A stretch of 32,405 nt of DNA from positions 1 to 32,405 of IMG/VR virus record IMGVR_UViG_3300050120_000091; one strand, written 5' to 3'. Under the pieces are notes generated by a model. The model was not told the origin of the DNA, did no database searches, and worked only from the letters and a program-made list of their open reading frames with translations. Position numbers and translations under genes: made by a program. How positions within the stretch are numbered: position 1 is the first letter of the stretch; the number at the start of each line of letters is the position of its first letter. This DNA comes from a virus (Duplodnaviria; Caudoviricetes). Positions 31,041 through 32,405 of this stretch are shown in pieces.

Positions 31041-32405
31041 ATGACGAACGCTATCGTTCAAGTCAATGTCAGCCAGACGATTGCGCCAGCACCTAATACG
31101 CTGCAACGCACGGGTGCGCTGATCAGCCAAGGGGGCACGTCTGCCACCACTGGCACGTACACGCTGCTGACTCAGGACTCGGACCTGACGCCCATCGTGG
31201 CTCAGCCGCAGACTCTCAGCACACTTGTCTGGGCGTCGTCCGTGGTGACTGCGACCACGGCCATCGCGCACGGGTACCCGGTGGGTGTGCAGATTCAGTT
31301 GACCATTGCCGGTGCGAATCCTGCCGGGTACAACGGTACATATCTCGCCACGATTGCCAGCACGACGACCTTCACGTACCCGTTGGTGGCGAACCCCGGC
31401 ACGCAGGTCAGCGCTGGTACGGTAGTCAATGCCTTCACCACGCAGTTGACCGCGATGGTAGACACGTTCTTTGCGCAAAACGGTCAGATTAGTGTGTACG
31501 TGCTGGAGTTGGGCACTGGCACGAGCACGACTGGTATTGCGGCACTGGCGGCGTATATCACAGCCAATCCGGGTTTCTTCTACAGCTACCTGATTCCGCG
31601 TGGTTGGGATGGCAACAGCACTTACCCGGCGTTCATCGCGCAGTACAACGCTGCGAATGCCAAGGTGTACTTCTACACCACGGTCACGCTGAGCACGTAC
31701 GCAACGTTGACGACCAACGGGTTAAACAAGTGCTGCCCGGTGTTGATCGAGAGCACCACGCCCGCGTTGCCTGCCACTGAGTTCAGTATGGCGGCGATGT
31801 TTTGGACAACCCTCAATGCCAACCCGAGCAGCAGCAACAAAGTGCCGCCGTTGTGCTTCAGCTATCTGGTGGATGTCACGGCTGGCGCATGGACTGGTTC
31901 GCAACTCACGGCGTTCAAGGCAGCGAACGTCAACTTTGTGGCGACCGGCGCAGAGGGTGGTATCAGCAACACGATCTTGCAGTGGGGCAACATGCCTGAC
32001 AGCAACCCGTGGAACTACTGGTACTCGGCTGACTGGTCGCAGATCAATCTTGATCTGGATATCAGCAACACGATCATCAACGGCAGCAACACCACGATCA
32101 ACCCGTTGTATTACAACCAAGACGGTGTGAATCGGTTGCAGGCGACGGCGGTGCAGACCATGCAAGAAGCCATTTCGTATGGCCTCGCGCTTGGGCAGTT
32201 GGTGCAGACTGAGCTTGACCCGCAGACCTTCGCGGATAACGTCAGTGCCGGTCTGTATCAGGGCAACGTGGTGGTGAATGCAGTGCCGTTCGCGACGTGG
32301 GTGGCCGCGAATCCGAGTACGTACAGTGAAGGCATCTACGGTGGCATGACCGCCCTGTACACGCCAGCACGCGGGTTCGAACAGATTCTGTTCAACCTGA
32401 ATGTG
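31041..32405 (+). CDS. Tail sheath protein (DUF3383-like), 3'-truncated
   Basis: ATG 31041; open frame to the window end (MTNAIVQVNVSQTIAPAPNTLQRTGALIS...WNYWYSADW...NPLYYNQDG...ILFNLNV); missing from the ORF track because no stop is reached. Confidence 0.8.
   Translation, partial: MTNAIVQVNVSQTIAPAPNTLQRTGALISQGGTSATTGTYTLLTQDSDLTPIVAQPQTLSTLVWASSVVTATTAIAHGYPVGVQIQLTIAGANPAGYNGTYLATIASTTTFTYPLVANPGTQVSAGTVVNAFTTQLTAMVDTFFAQNGQISVYVLELGTGTSTTGIAALAAYITANPGFFYSYLIPRGWDGNSTYPAFIAQYNAANAKVYFYTTVTLSTYATLTTNGLNKCCPVLIESTTPALPATEFSMAAMFWTTLNANPSSSNKVPPLCFSYLVDVTAGAWTGSQLTAFKAANVNFVATGAEGGISNTILQWGNMPDSNPWNYWYSADWSQINLDLDISNTIINGSNTTINPLYYNQDGVNRLQATAVQTMQEAISYGLALGQLVQTELDPQTFADNVSAGLYQGNVVVNAVPFATWVAANPSTYSEGIYGGMTALYTPARGFEQILFNLNV

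Noticed and set aside
31722-32165. Short ORFs listed within 31.0-32.2 kb
   Set aside because: They overlap the uninterrupted tail-sheath frame that starts at 31041.

Overview
The window is part of a tailed dsDNA phage (or prophage) genome with a contractile-type tail, and essentially every gene is on the + strand. Bases 1-8.8 kb are an accessory/early region of about 30 small ORFs (DUF2314-like, GNAT-like, SLOG/DUF2493, several membrane proteins) behind repeated sigma70-like TTGACA-N16/17-TATAGT promoters. This region also holds four tRNAs (Leu-TAA, Ile-GAT, Ser-GCT, CAT/probable Ile2) with structured non-coding spacers between them. Bases 8.8-18.7 kb carry a GT2 glycosyltransferase, a fibre-like module of two large Gly-rich repeat proteins with adaptors, a holin-like gene, lipoproteins and a C92 peptidase. 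Bases 18.8-32.4 kb are the morphogenesis operon: DUF1073 portal, MuF-like head protein, an ADP-ribosyltransferase, a Nudix-DUF2213 fusion, scaffold, decoration, major capsid, neck genes and a tail sheath cut by the window end. Three signals stand out. (1) An invariant near-palindrome, GCAATTGATTGC, occurs 12 times in both orientations, in intergenic and coding DNA. (2) A recurrent (A/V)RAD peptide brackets the ADP-ribosyltransferase, precedes the Nudix domain and fills the scaffold, suggesting protease-released head cargo. (3) Unannotated structured RNAs lie in and near the tRNA array. All family calls come from motif recognition by eye, not database searches.
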